From assembly GCA_025055635.1 (NCBI GenBank), contig JANWWQ010000005.1:16299-80298 (forward strand): 64,000 nucleotides of DNA. Reading direction: 5' to 3'. The stretch comes from Flavobacteriales bacterium. Its GTDB lineage: Bacteria > Bacteroidota > Bacteroidia > CAIKAF01. Below, in pieces: positions 1 to 9,513 of the stretch (the stretch's first letter is position 1; every line of letters starts with the position of its first letter). The position numbers and the translations under genes are program-made. The notes under the pieces are model-generated. The model worked only from the letters and a program-made list of their open reading frames with translations, had not been told where the DNA came from and made no database searches.

Positions 1-2034
1 CTTAATAGCTTCCAGATAAACCGAACAGAAGTGGTCCCACATTAACCGGTACACGCTCATAAGAGCTTCATTAAGCCGATACTGGTCAAATTGCTGGCGT
101 AGTTGGTGTAGAGTATTGTTCAAACAATGGCCAAACCATATTTCGGCTTCTTTGGCAGCCTCGGAACGAAGTGCCTCAGGATGTGCAGTCCAGCTTTTAA
201 CCAGGCGGAAAGCATTCCAAAGTTTGTTGCAAAAGTTCCGTCCCTGTTGGCATAAGGATTCATCAAAAAGCAGATCATTTCCAGCAGGAGAACAAAGCAG
301 CATTCCCATGCGCACCCCATCAGCTCCATAGCGTGCCATGAGATCTAAGGGTTCCGGCGAATTGCCCAGGCTCTTACTCATCTTGCGGCCGAGTTTGTCG
401 CGCACGATACCCGTGAGATAAACATCCTTGAAGGGCGCCTGCTTCATGTATTCACATCCCGCCATGATCATGCGAGCCACCCAGAAAAACAAAATTTCAG
501 GGGCCGTCACTAGCACTGTAGTGGGGTAATAGTACTGAAGATCCCGCGGAATCGTGTTGAAGCGCTTTTGCGCCAGATCGTAATAATCAAATCCTTCGAA
601 AACGGCTATCGGCCACAGCCATGAAGAAGCCCAAGTGTCCAGAACATCCGGATCCTGTTCAATATCATCGGATGAGATGCCAGGGTTTTGAGCCCGGAAA
701 AGGGCTAGGGCTTCTTCTGCATTTTCAGCAACTTGCCAGCGCGAGCGGTCATTTTTCAAGTACCAGGCCGGAATCCGATGCCCCCACCAAAGCTGGCGAC
801 TGATGCACCAGTCGCGCACATTTTCCATCCAATGGCGGTAAGTATTCACAAACTTGGACGGGTGGAGCTTAACCTCCCCAGATTCCACAGCCTGCAAAGC
901 GGGGCCAGCCAATTTGTCCATCCGCAGGAACCATTGTTCCGATAAACGAGGTTCCACAACCGAACCCGTGCGCTCGCTGCGACCAATCCGGCTGAGAACT
1001 TTCTCTTCTTTTTCCAACAGGCCCGCCTCACGCAGCATCTCTACAGCTTTTTTTCGGGCTTCGAAACGATCCAGACCTATCAATTCTTTCACGCCACAAG
1101 CTTCGTTGAGTGTTCCGTCTTCATTGAGGATGTCAATAATGGGAAGTCCATGCCGCAGACCTATTTCATAGTCGTTGACATCATGAGCCGGAGTCACCTT
1201 GAGGCAGCCCGTACCAAAGTCCGGATCTACATAACTGTCCGCAATGACTTCCACCACGCGATGAACAAGGGGTACCACTACTTTTTTACCCATCAATTCT
1301 ACATAGCGGGAATCCTGAGGATTCACTGCAACGGCCACGTCGCCTGGTATAGTTTCGGGCCTTTGAGTGGCCACCCGTAAATACCCACTGCCATCGGCTA
1401 AGGGATAACGCACATAATACAGTGTGCTTTCCTCGCCTGGTTCGTGATAAATCACTTCTTCATTACTTAAAGCTGTGCGCGCCTCACAATCCCAATTGAT
1501 CATTCGCTTTCCTCTGTAGATATAGCCTTTACGATACAAATCCACAAAGACGCGAATCACGGCCCTGTAATACCCCTCATCCATGGTGAAACGAGTGCGC
1601 TCCCAGTCACAACTAGCACCTAGTTTTTTCAATTGTTCTAGGATAATTCCGCCGTATTTGTTTTTCCAGTCCCATGCGTATTGCAAAAATTCATCACGAG
1701 AGAGGTCCGTTTTCTGGATTCCTTTTTCCCTAAGCATGCGCACTACGCGAGCTTCTGTGGCGATGGAGGCATGGTCCGTTCCGGGGACCCAACAAGCATT
1801 GTAGCCTAGCATTCGGGCTCGGCGGATGAGCACATCTTGAATGGTGTTATTTAACATGTGCCCCATATGAAGCACCCCGGTCACATTCGGTGGAGGCATG
1901 AGGATAACGTAGGGCTGCCGCTCGTCGGGCACAGAGCGAAAGCAACCATCATTTACCCAACGTTGATAAATTTCCTCTTCAAAAGTTTCAGGAGCCCATT
2001 TTTCCGGTAAGATTTCTGCTGCGTTGCCCTCCAT
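1..2034 (-). CDS. valS: valyl-tRNA synthetase, N-terminal 678 codons (3' end runs off the left edge of the window)
   Basis: Absent from the ORF track because there is no stop inside the window. My minus-strand translation from ATG 2034..2032 gives [78 protein letters not shown], which carries the PPPNVTG + HMGH class-I signature of ValRS. The same frame gives [27 protein letters not shown], with KMSKS encoded at 384..370. Confidence 0.9.
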   Translation of the reverse strand, partial: MEGNAAEILPEKWAPETFEEEIYQRWVNDGCFRSVPDERQPYVILMPPPNVTGVLHMGHMLNNTIQDVLIRRARMLGYNACWVPGTDHASIATEARVVRMLREKGIQKTDLSRDEFLQYAWDWKNKYGGIILEQLKKLGASCDWERTRFTMDEGYYRAVIRVFVDLYRKGYIYRGKRMINWDCEARTALSNEEVIYHEPGEESTLYYVRYPLADGSGYLRVATQRPETIPGDVAVAVNPQDSRYVELMGKKVVVPLVHRVVEVIADSYVDPDFGTGCLKVTPAHDVNDYEIGLRHGLPIIDILNEDGTLNEACGVKELIGLDRFEARKKAVEMLREAGLLEKEEKVLSRIGRSERTGSVVEPRLSEQWFLRMDKLAGPALQAVESGEVKLHPSKFVNTYRHWMENVRDWCISRQLWWGHRIPAWYLKNDRSRWQVAENAEEALALFRAQNPGISSDDIEQDPDVLDTWASSWLWPIAVFEGFDYYDLAQKRFNTIPRDLQYYYPTTVLVTAPEILFFWVARMIMAGCEYMKQAPFKDVYLTGIVRDKLGRKMSKSLGNSPEPLDLMARYGADGVRMGMLLCSPAGNDLLFDESLCQQGRNFCNKLWNAFRLVKSWTAHPEALRSEAAKEAEIWFGHCLNNTLHQLRQQFDQYRLNEALMSVYRLMWDHFCSVYLEAIK

Positions 2035-2064
2035 ACAGGCAAAGGTATGGCAGATGTTACCCTA

Positions 2065-2868
2065 TCACAGACCTTTTGCCTGAAGCCAGGCATGTAATTT
2101 TTCGCAGGCCTTTTCCCAATGGGTATCCAACATCATATTGTGTGCCAGCTCCGGTAATAAAACGTAATCACTACCGAAGGCTCGGGCAGTTTTTTCTAAA
2201 GCCTTATTTTCCACTATTAAGTCCCTGCCAGCTGCCATGCAAAGGATAGGAACAGAAACGCGACGAGGCTTATGCAGGTCTAGAAAAAGCATATCCAGAA
2301 AGGCTCTGAAGGATTCTGGTTGCATACACATGAATGCGCTGTGAACGCGTTCCCGAGGAACATCGGGTGAAAAGCATAGCTTGCGGACAATTTCTGGACT
2401 TTCGGAAAAAGGCGTAGTACTCAAAGTCAGCAACGCACGAAGAAAGCGTAAAGGAGCTAGGCGTAACAGACGCCATAAGCCCTTCCCGAAACCCGTCGCT
2501 GGTACTGAAGCTATTAGGATAGCAGCCCTGAGTTGGGTGCCTGCAAGCAGCAGTTTTTGAACGATAAAACCTCCCATGCTATGCCCTACGATAACGGGAG
2601 GCTCTTTCAACTGTGAAATCACGTACTTTACATCGCGCACATAATCTGCTATGGACGTGAAACGCAGATGTTCCCACCCTTCGCTTTCGCTATGACCCCG
2701 AAGATTCATAGTAACGCAGGGGTATCCTTTTTTCTGAAGCCAAGGCACCCACAGCCACTCCCAGCACCATGCACCGTGTGCCATGCCATGTACAAATAAC
2801 AAGGTTGATCGGCTCGGGGCAATTTCAGAGGGAAAAATCTTAAATGCTACATGGGGCTGACGCCTCAT
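2065..2868 (-). CDS. alpha/beta hydrolase
   Basis: 267 aa. Nucleophile elbow VIVGHSMGGFIVQ and FVHGMAHGAWCW near the N-terminus. It starts 2 nt after the rpoN stop, so it is probably co-transcribed. Confidence 0.75.
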   Translation of the reverse strand: MRRQPHVAFKIFPSEIAPSRSTLLFVHGMAHGAWCWEWLWVPWLQKKGYPCVTMNLRGHSESEGWEHLRFTSIADYVRDVKYVISQLKEPPVIVGHSMGGFIVQKLLLAGTQLRAAILIASVPATGFGKGLWRLLRLAPLRFLRALLTLSTTPFSESPEIVRKLCFSPDVPRERVHSAFMCMQPESFRAFLDMLFLDLHKPRRVSVPILCMAAGRDLIVENKALEKTARAFGSDYVLLPELAHNMMLDTHWEKACEKLHAWLQAKGL

Positions 2869-2870
2869 GA

Positions 2871-4355
2871 TTATAATTCCTTGCGCAATCGGGCCACGGG
2901 AATACCGAGTTGCTCGCGGTACTTGGCCACCGTGCGGCGCGCAATGTTGTAACCCTTTTTTTGCAAAATTTCGGTAAGCTTTTCGTCTGTAAGCGGCCTT
3001 CTTTTTTCTTCATTCCGAATGAGATCCTGCAATATACTTTTCACCTCTCGGGTGCTCACCTCTTCACCTTCGTCGGTGGATAGTGATTCTGAAAAGAAAT
3101 CCTTGAGGAGCTTAATGCCATAAGGGGTCTGAATGTATTTGCTGCCTGTTACACGGCTGACTGTGCTGATGTCTAGGCCTACTTTTTCAGCGATGTCCTT
3201 CAAAATCATGGGCTTCAACTTTTTTTCATCGCCCGTGGCAAAATATTCGGCCTGGTGTTCCAAAATGGCATTCATCACTTTCATCAGAGTATCCTGCCGT
3301 TGTTTGATGGCTTCAATAAACCATTTTGCTGATTCTATTTTTTGCTTAACAAACTGGGCCGACTCTTTCTGGGATTTATCACTAGCCATGGCCCTAAGCA
3401 TCTCTGCATAGCGGGGGCTGATGCGCAGTTGAGGCGCATTACGGCTATTTAATGAGAGGTGAAGCTGGCCGTCCAGATCTTTTTCCAGAATGAAATCCGG
3501 TGTGATGGAGTAGGGATTGTTTTTTACTGATTCAAAGGCGCTACCGGGCTTAGGATTCAAATGGAGTATTTCCTGCACGGCTTCCCGAAATTCTCCATCT
3601 TCCAAGCGCAGTCGACGCTGGATGCGATCATAATGCTTTTTGGTGAATTCTTCAAAATGGTCTCGCAGAATACGCTGGGCATTAATCACGGCTTTGTCAC
3701 GGGAACCGCTGTGGGCTAATTGAAGCAGCAAGCATTCGCGCAGGTCGCGGGCTCCCACCCCCGGGGGATCCAGCTCTTGCACAATTTTCAAAGCCTTCTC
3801 TACTTCCTCTTCGGTAGCTTCAATTCCTGCTAAGTAAGCCAGGTCGTCGGTGATTTGAGACACGCTGCGGCGCAGGTACCCGTCTTCGTCCAGGTTGCCA
3901 ATAATATGTCGGCAGATCTGCAAGGTTTTGTCGTCCATCTCCCGCATGCCAATCTGACTGTTTAGATACTCATGGAAGCTCACTTGTTGCACCACAGGGG
4001 CTTCCCAGGGCTCGTCGTCAGGGCTGTGATTGCTGGCATGGGTCTTATAATAATTTTCCTCCTCCTCGGACAGGAATTCTTCCAGGGAAACTTCGGCTTC
4101 TTGGGATTCGGTCAAGTCATTTTCTGCGTCCTCAATTCCTTCTAAATCCAAATCGTCGTCTATTTCGTCCTGTAGTTGGGCACTTTCTTCGCGCATATCT
4201 ATACGGCTGAGATCTTCCAGGGCCGGATTGTTTTCCAACTCCTCTTTAATACGTTGATCTAACAAGGCCGTGGGCACCTGCAGCAATTTCATGAGTTGAA
4301 TTTGGAGGGGAGATAATTTCTGGGTCAGTCGGAGCGATTGTTCCTGTTTGAGCAT
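2871..4355 (-). CDS. rpoN: RNA polymerase sigma-54 factor
   Basis: 494 aa. Region I is LRLTQKLSPLQIQLMKLLQ. An acidic region II is present (DDDLDLEG, EEEENYY). The C-terminus has an HTH and the RpoN box ARRTVAKYREQLGIP. Confidence 0.93.
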   Translation of the reverse strand: MLKQEQSLRLTQKLSPLQIQLMKLLQVPTALLDQRIKEELENNPALEDLSRIDMREESAQLQDEIDDDLDLEGIEDAENDLTESQEAEVSLEEFLSEEEENYYKTHASNHSPDDEPWEAPVVQQVSFHEYLNSQIGMREMDDKTLQICRHIIGNLDEDGYLRRSVSQITDDLAYLAGIEATEEEVEKALKIVQELDPPGVGARDLRECLLLQLAHSGSRDKAVINAQRILRDHFEEFTKKHYDRIQRRLRLEDGEFREAVQEILHLNPKPGSAFESVKNNPYSITPDFILEKDLDGQLHLSLNSRNAPQLRISPRYAEMLRAMASDKSQKESAQFVKQKIESAKWFIEAIKQRQDTLMKVMNAILEHQAEYFATGDEKKLKPMILKDIAEKVGLDISTVSRVTGSKYIQTPYGIKLLKDFFSESLSTDEGEEVSTREVKSILQDLIRNEEKRRPLTDEKLTEILQKKGYNIARRTVAKYREQLGIPVARLRKEL

Positions 4356-4411
4356 ATTAAATGGGTCTTAGAATAACATATAATAGGGGTACAATATTAA
4401 AAATCTTTATC

Positions 4412-4419
4412 CACTTTTG
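4412..4419 (+). promoter_or_regulatory. near-consensus Bacteroidota -7 box (CACTTTTG) upstream of 4449 ORF
   Basis: One mismatch to TAnnTTTG, 29 nt upstream of the GTG start. Weak on its own. Confidence 0.25.
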
Positions 4420-4448
4420 TGCCAGCTGATGGTCCTTAAATTAGAGCC

Positions 4449-4961
4449 GTGGAAGACACCATTCTTCAAATTAGTGTAGGCTCGTTTATCTTTAAGCATT
4501 CGCAATCTGCAGGCTTACTCCTTTCTGATGGGAGAGCAGTGGAACCTCAGCCCCGCTTAAAAAGATTAGGACGCTTCCTTTTTCAAGATGAGAGCAGCGG
4601 ATTATCTGTGTTGGTGGAAGATTTTGATCCAACTTCCCGGCGTTTCACCCTGCGCGTGGGCAGCCGCCGGGTATTTGTGGAAGTGAGGGATGTTCTGGAC
4701 GAGGTGAGCCTTCGCAGCGGCGCAGTCCGAACCGGTATTCGCAAAGCCGTAACTATACGCTCCCCCATGCCGGGACTCATTATGCAAATTATGGTGCAGC
4801 CAGGCCAGTCAGTTCGTAGGGGTGATGGCCTTCTCGTGCTGGAGGCAATGAAGATGGAAAACATGCTCCGTGCCCCCAGCGATGGCATAGTGGATACCGT
4901 CCTGTGTCAAGCGGGTCAGTCGGTGGAAAAAGGTCAAGAACTTCTCAGGTTCCGTGATTGA
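4449..4961 (+). CDS. biotin/lipoyl-attachment (BCCP-like) domain protein
   Basis: 170 aa with a GTG start. The C-terminal ~70 aa form a biotinyl carrier domain with the motif LVLEAMKMENMLRAP. The N-terminal ~95 aa are unassigned. Confidence 0.7.
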   Translation: MEDTILQISVGSFIFKHSQSAGLLLSDGRAVEPQPRLKRLGRFLFQDESSGLSVLVEDFDPTSRRFTLRVGSRRVFVEVRDVLDEVSLRSGAVRTGIRKAVTIRSPMPGLIMQIMVQPGQSVRRGDGLLVLEAMKMENMLRAPSDGIVDTVLCQAGQSVEKGQELLRFRD

Positions 4962-5236
4962 ATTTATTTAAAGGCAATCGTTAGTAAATTAGAAATCTTC
5001 TGCTCTTCTAAAAAAACAAAAGCATTAAGGAAATTAAAAAACGATTTAAATCTAAATTCTCCCCGCATAAACTAAACCCTTCTCAATAAATTTAAAAAGA
5101 AACTCCTTGCGGATTTATATGTAATGATAATTAAAAATTAACTATTCGTTGGCAAAGAGTATTTTTATTTTACAATTCAAAATTGCATGCACAAGTTAAA
5201 CAATCGCTGTAAATTATTCGTAAAAGGCCTTACTGA

Positions 5237-5965
5237 CTAGAAAGGCGTTAGCGAAAATCCCACAGAAATTGGATGCCAGCCAATGGGACCCTGGCCTGAA
5301 CGGAACAATGGATTCACTTGATAACGGGCCGAGATGTTGTAACGACTCCAGCCCAAACGTAGGTACGGAGTAAGGCGAAGGTTGTCTAGGCCAGCCACAT
5401 TGTATTCTTTGACTTTAGCCTTGCTGGTGGTCTGGCCATGTTGCAACCCCTCACCCACCCGCTTGGTTTTGCTCTGTACAATATACCCTAGAGCGAAACC
5501 TAAGTTAATCTTGACGGTGTTGCGACGTTCAGGTTTAAAACGAATGCGCACTTCAGCCGGTACCTCAAGCATCGTAAGCGAAAACTTATAGCGCTTCAGG
5601 TTAGGAGCCGCAGGGACAAACTCGGTACCTTTTCCATCGGAGGTACGACTGACCTCACGATTGATAAAATAGTTTTCATTGGTGAAGCCAGCCCCAATTG
5701 CCAGGCTCAGAGGCGTCCTTCGCATTGGCAGATCATAAAACATAGCCATGGTAAGTCCGTAGGACATCCAACGGGGAGAGACCCCCGCACCTTGTTCTCT
5801 AAGTATCTGACTGGCGTGGATATCAATTAAAACCTGATCTTGCATACGGGGGATTGAGATTGGTTTTTTATTAGACTTATCGCCCTTTGCCTGACTGCCT
5901 TCCTGGGCCATAACGTAGGATACAACAGGCCAGAAAAGAATTAAGGTGAATAATTTGTGTTTCAT
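5237..5965 (-). CDS. outer-membrane beta-barrel protein (family not resolved)
   Basis: The track ORF 5237..5986 begins at a TTG that lies inside the -7 box. ATG at 5965 gives the signal peptide MKHKLFTLILFWPVVSYVMAQ. The sequence shows an alternating strand pattern and ends ...ISVGFSLTPF. Confidence 0.5.
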   Translation of the reverse strand: MKHKLFTLILFWPVVSYVMAQEGSQAKGDKSNKKPISIPRMQDQVLIDIHASQILREQGAGVSPRWMSYGLTMAMFYDLPMRRTPLSLAIGAGFTNENYFINREVSRTSDGKGTEFVPAAPNLKRYKFSLTMLEVPAEVRIRFKPERRNTVKINLGFALGYIVQSKTKRVGEGLQHGQTTSKAKVKEYNVAGLDNLRLTPYLRLGWSRYNISARYQVNPLFRSGQGPIGWHPISVGFSLTPF

Positions 5966-5983
5966 TCTATCGTTTTGCAGGGG

Positions 5984-5991
5984 CAAACCTA
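5984..5991 (-). promoter_or_regulatory. -7 promoter box TAGGTTTG (minus strand) for 5237..5965
   Basis: Forward CAAACCTA is the reverse complement of TAnnTTTG. It lies 18 nt upstream of ATG 5965. Confidence 0.4.
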
Positions 5992-5996
5992 ATCAA

Positions 5997-6004
5997 TAAA
6001 TTTG
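5997..6004 (+). promoter_or_regulatory. -7 promoter box TAAATTTG for 6010 ORF
   Basis: Perfect TAnnTTTG only 5 nt upstream of ATG 6010, implying a leaderless or near-leaderless mRNA. It sits back-to-back with the minus-strand box. Confidence 0.4.
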
Positions 6005-6009
6005 GGTCA

Positions 6010-6417
6010 ATGAAATTCCGGATCCAATCATTTCAATTCCCAATTACGTGCGTATGTATATTATGGTCATTCTGTGGGTGTAACCAGGTAATAGAAGTGA
6101 AATTTTTTATTGAGAATGCCACTCATTACACTCTGCAAGCCCGCTACTATTCACGTATCACCTACGACAGCGTGCACCACATTCTTGCCCCCATGGAATT
6201 GTGGGCATTGGACGGTCGCAGGGTACCATTACCACGAAAATCCACAGCACAACCTTCCTTTGAGCGTGACAGAAGGTTTGTTTTTGGCCGAATCTGGAAT
6301 GACAGTGTTCTTCTTAAGAAAAACATCAACTGGGAACAGTTTTGGAAATTAAAGAAAACCGGCCCTGACACATATGAATACCACCTTCAATTGGACACAT
6401 CCTTTTTCAGTCCTTGA
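6010..6417 (+). CDS. hypothetical lipoprotein
   Basis: 135 aa. An N-terminal hydrophobic stretch is followed by Cys (ILWSFCGCNQ). No domain recognised. Confidence 0.35.
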   Translation: MKFRIQSFQFPITCVCILWSFCGCNQVIEVKFFIENATHYTLQARYYSRITYDSVHHILAPMELWALDGRRVPLPRKSTAQPSFERDRRFVFGRIWNDSVLLKKNINWEQFWKLKKTGPDTYEYHLQLDTSFFSP

Positions 6418-6509
6418 AAAGTTCCAGGATTCAATAACAATTAATTTATTTGTTGAAAATTGTCTATTCCGATAAAAAATATAACTTTTTTCATTTAAAA
6501 TTCAATTTT

Positions 6510-6956
6510 TCAGTTTTTCTCCTTTTCAAAATAATATCTTCTCTCCTGAACAACTGGAGCCGTTAGTGTGCCTGTATGAAGCAACAAAACCATCCTGTTT
6601 TGTTTCAGTTCCTTAATATAATAAATGTAATCACTGACGGAAAAATGAAGCCTCTTGCCATCCTTCAGGATCCTAACCAATCCTGATGGTGCGTTAAAAA
6701 CATCGGATAGGTAATAGAACTCATCTTTTTCTGATTCGGATCTTTGAATGAAAATTTTTCCCAAGCCTTCCGTAATAACCGTATCTAAAGAAACGCCTCC
6801 CACTGAGTCAATAAGATATTGTTCAAAACGGACATATTTCCAATCTCCATCCAGGCGGGCTCTGGCTTTTTGATATCGGCTGCAGCATAAAAAAGAACTA
6901 AAAAACAAGGAAAATAAAATAAACTTTGGTATGTTTATTTTACAAATGGTAATCAT
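6510..6956 (-). CDS. hypothetical lipoprotein
   Basis: The track ORF runs to 7097 across the upstream gene. The internal ATG at 6956 gives MITICKINIPKFILFSLFFSSFLCCSRYQ, which is signal/lipobox-like, and lies 7 nt after the stop of 6964..7764. Confidence 0.4.
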   Translation of the reverse strand: MITICKINIPKFILFSLFFSSFLCCSRYQKARARLDGDWKYVRFEQYLIDSVGGVSLDTVITEGLGKIFIQRSESEKDEFYYLSDVFNAPSGLVRILKDGKRLHFSVSDYIYYIKELKQNRMVLLLHTGTLTAPVVQERRYYFEKEKN

Positions 6957-6963
6957 TACAAAT

Positions 6964-7764
6964 TTAAAGTCCCGCTGCTGACAAAAGGAAATACACGCCA
7001 AATCTGACCGTCCATCCCTGCAGGGCCTTAGGAGTGAAGTTCCCAGTACCATCGGCAAAGGCAGGAAAGGGCTTCCGAATATATGGGCTGGAGCCATAGG
7101 TCACCACGGACTTGTCTTCCAAAAAAACATCGTTGGTATTTAAGGGCCAAGTGTATTCCACAGATATGGGGAAACGAAGCTTCCTCGCAAAAGAAAGCCC
7201 ACCTCTCAGGCCTAAAGGAAATGAAACATAAGATGACTGATAAAAACCATTTAAAGCATTATCCTGTGACATTCCGATATTACCCGTAGGATATTCATTA
7301 TATACCCTTAGCCTTGCCGCATTGACCTGAAACCCGGTGGTAAAGGCTAGGAAAAAGAAGGGCAGATCAACCCCAAAATCTGCCGAAAACTTATATGCAT
7401 GAATCCTGTATTTAAAATGTTGCTCTATTTGGTTGGAAAATTTGGCTTCGTTTTTCCAGGATCCGTAATTATACTCCAAGGCTAAATGAAAATAACTGCC
7501 TGCCTTGCCCCGGCCACTCATGATGTACAATCCAGGTCTTAAGCCAAAACCATGGCATGAGGTTGTGCGCAGCAGCCCAGCAGGAACCAAAGGTTGAAAT
7601 GTGGAATTGAAAGAGTTGAAAAACTGGTTGAAGGGATGCCTATTAAAATTCTGAAAACCGTAGTTCAGCTCAAAAGAGAAGCCTTGTTCCTGTGCATGGC
7701 CTTTATGAAAAAATATCCATAAAGTAAAAAAAAATACAACCCTAATAAATCTGATAATGGACAT
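6964..7764 (-). CDS. hypothetical outer-membrane beta-barrel protein
   Basis: 266 aa. Signal peptide MSIIRFIRVVFFFTLWIFFHKGHAQ. The sequence has Gly/aromatic-rich alternating strands. No specific family recognised. Confidence 0.4.
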   Translation of the reverse strand: MSIIRFIRVVFFFTLWIFFHKGHAQEQGFSFELNYGFQNFNRHPFNQFFNSFNSTFQPLVPAGLLRTTSCHGFGLRPGLYIMSGRGKAGSYFHLALEYNYGSWKNEAKFSNQIEQHFKYRIHAYKFSADFGVDLPFFFLAFTTGFQVNAARLRVYNEYPTGNIGMSQDNALNGFYQSSYVSFPLGLRGGLSFARKLRFPISVEYTWPLNTNDVFLEDKSVVTYGSSPYIRKPFPAFADGTGNFTPKALQGWTVRFGVYFLLSAAGL

Positions 7765-7842
7765 TGTTTATTTCAACGGCAAAATTTCGAAATTAAAAAG
7801 TTTTGAATGAAGTGTTTTTCTTTGAAGCCCTAAAAAGAAATT

Positions 7843-9513
7843 TTGAATACATTCGATTGGTTTGTATTATTTCTTTCGCAAGTCTTAGTGGTAGCATACG
7901 GGATCTGGCGCACCCGACGCACGAAAAGTTCCCTTGCTTTTCTGAAAGCCGGCAAGACACAGGGATGGTTTGCGGTGGGGCTTTCAGTGATGGCCACACA
8001 AGCCAGCGCTATTACCTTTCTTTCAGGACCGGGACAGTCCTTCGCAGAGGGTATGGGCTTTTTGCAGTTTTATTTGGGCGTGCCTCTGGCTATGCTGGTC
8101 CTGATAAAGATATTTCTTCCGGTGTATGAAAAACTGAACATCACTTCTGCCTATGAATATCTGGAGGCACGCTTCGGCCTTGCCGCGCGGCTCTTTACCG
8201 CCTCGTTGTTCTTGCTGCAACGCGGGCTTGCCGCAGGCTTCACCATTTTTGCGCCCGCACTGGTGTTTGCAGCCCTTCTGGGGTGGGACGTTCGCCTCAC
8301 TTCGCTGCTCTGTGGCCTGGCTGTGGTGGCCTACACTGTGACGGGAGGCTCACACGCGGTGGCCGAAACCCATAAGCTTCAGATGGGTATTATGTTGGCC
8401 GGATTGTTTTTTTCCATATACCTGCTAATCCACTTCTTGGTGCCTCACACCGGCACATTTAACCACCTGTGGACTGCGGCTGAAGCTACCGGTCGATTAC
8501 GCTGCCTAGACTGGCAGCCCGATTTTCAAACGAAATATACTCTGTGGTCAGGGCTTATCGGGGGCTTTTTTGTGGCCCTATCCTATTTCGGCACCGATCA
8601 GAGCCAGGTATCGCGCTATTTGGGAGGGCGCAACCTCAAGGAAGCCCGAAAAGGATTGCTGATGAATGCCCTCCTGAAAATCCCAATGCAAGCCATCGTG
8701 TTGTTGTGCGGGGTATTTCTCTACCTCTTTTACCTGTATCACCCTCGGCCCCTTCATTTCAATCCAGTGGTGGAGAAAAAAATTCTTTTCTCTACCGACC
8801 CCTTGATAAAGCAACGCCTAATGGCCTATGAACGGGCCACTGATTCTCTAAGATCCATCCTGAAATCCAGGCCATTTAATGCAGAACTTGTGCATCGTGC
8901 CACACAGGTTTCAGACAGCCTGGGAAAGGCTATGCGCATGACATTGGAAATGGCTTTGCCCTCCGCAGAACTGAACGACACCAATTACCCATTTCTACGT
9001 TTTGTAATAGAAAATTTTCCGGCCGGGGCCTTGGGTCTTATTGTTTCAATGCTATTTAGTGCGGCTATGTCATCGGCCTCCTCGGAACTGAATGCCTTGG
9101 CTACAGTGAGTTGTGTGGACTTTTACAAACGGTTATTTAAGCCATCAGCAGGTGATTCGGATTTGCTGCGCTTTGGCAGAATCATCACGACAGTATGGGG
9201 CGCTTACGCCATAGCTTTTGCCATGAATGCAGGCAACCTGGGCACTCTCATAGAGGCGGTGAACATTCTGGGCAGTCTGGTGTACGGCACCATTCTGGGA
9301 GTCTTCCTTACGGGATTTTTCATTCCCCGGGCCCACCAGTCCCACGTACTCTGGGCTGCCGCCACAGCCGAAGCAGTGGTTTTATATTGTTTCTTAGCCG
9401 ATGTGATGCCTTTTCTTTGGTTTAATGTGGTTAGTGCCCTGCTGGTGGTAGGATTATCTTGGCTCCTCAGCTGGATTTCCAAAACATTTAAACACTTTGT
9501 TATCAGGGATTAA
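7843..9513 (+). CDS. sodium:solute symporter family transporter
   Basis: 556 aa, polytopic. SSF-type region GWFAVGLSVMATQASAITFLSGPGQSF. TTG start, with no in-frame ATG before TM1. Confidence 0.8.
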   Translation: MNTFDWFVLFLSQVLVVAYGIWRTRRTKSSLAFLKAGKTQGWFAVGLSVMATQASAITFLSGPGQSFAEGMGFLQFYLGVPLAMLVLIKIFLPVYEKLNITSAYEYLEARFGLAARLFTASLFLLQRGLAAGFTIFAPALVFAALLGWDVRLTSLLCGLAVVAYTVTGGSHAVAETHKLQMGIMLAGLFFSIYLLIHFLVPHTGTFNHLWTAAEATGRLRCLDWQPDFQTKYTLWSGLIGGFFVALSYFGTDQSQVSRYLGGRNLKEARKGLLMNALLKIPMQAIVLLCGVFLYLFYLYHPRPLHFNPVVEKKILFSTDPLIKQRLMAYERATDSLRSILKSRPFNAELVHRATQVSDSLGKAMRMTLEMALPSAELNDTNYPFLRFVIENFPAGALGLIVSMLFSAAMSSASSELNALATVSCVDFYKRLFKPSAGDSDLLRFGRIITTVWGAYAIAFAMNAGNLGTLIEAVNILGSLVYGTILGVFLTGFFIPRAHQSHVLWAAATAEAVVLYCFLADVMPFLWFNVVSALLVVGLSWLLSWISKTFKHFVIRD

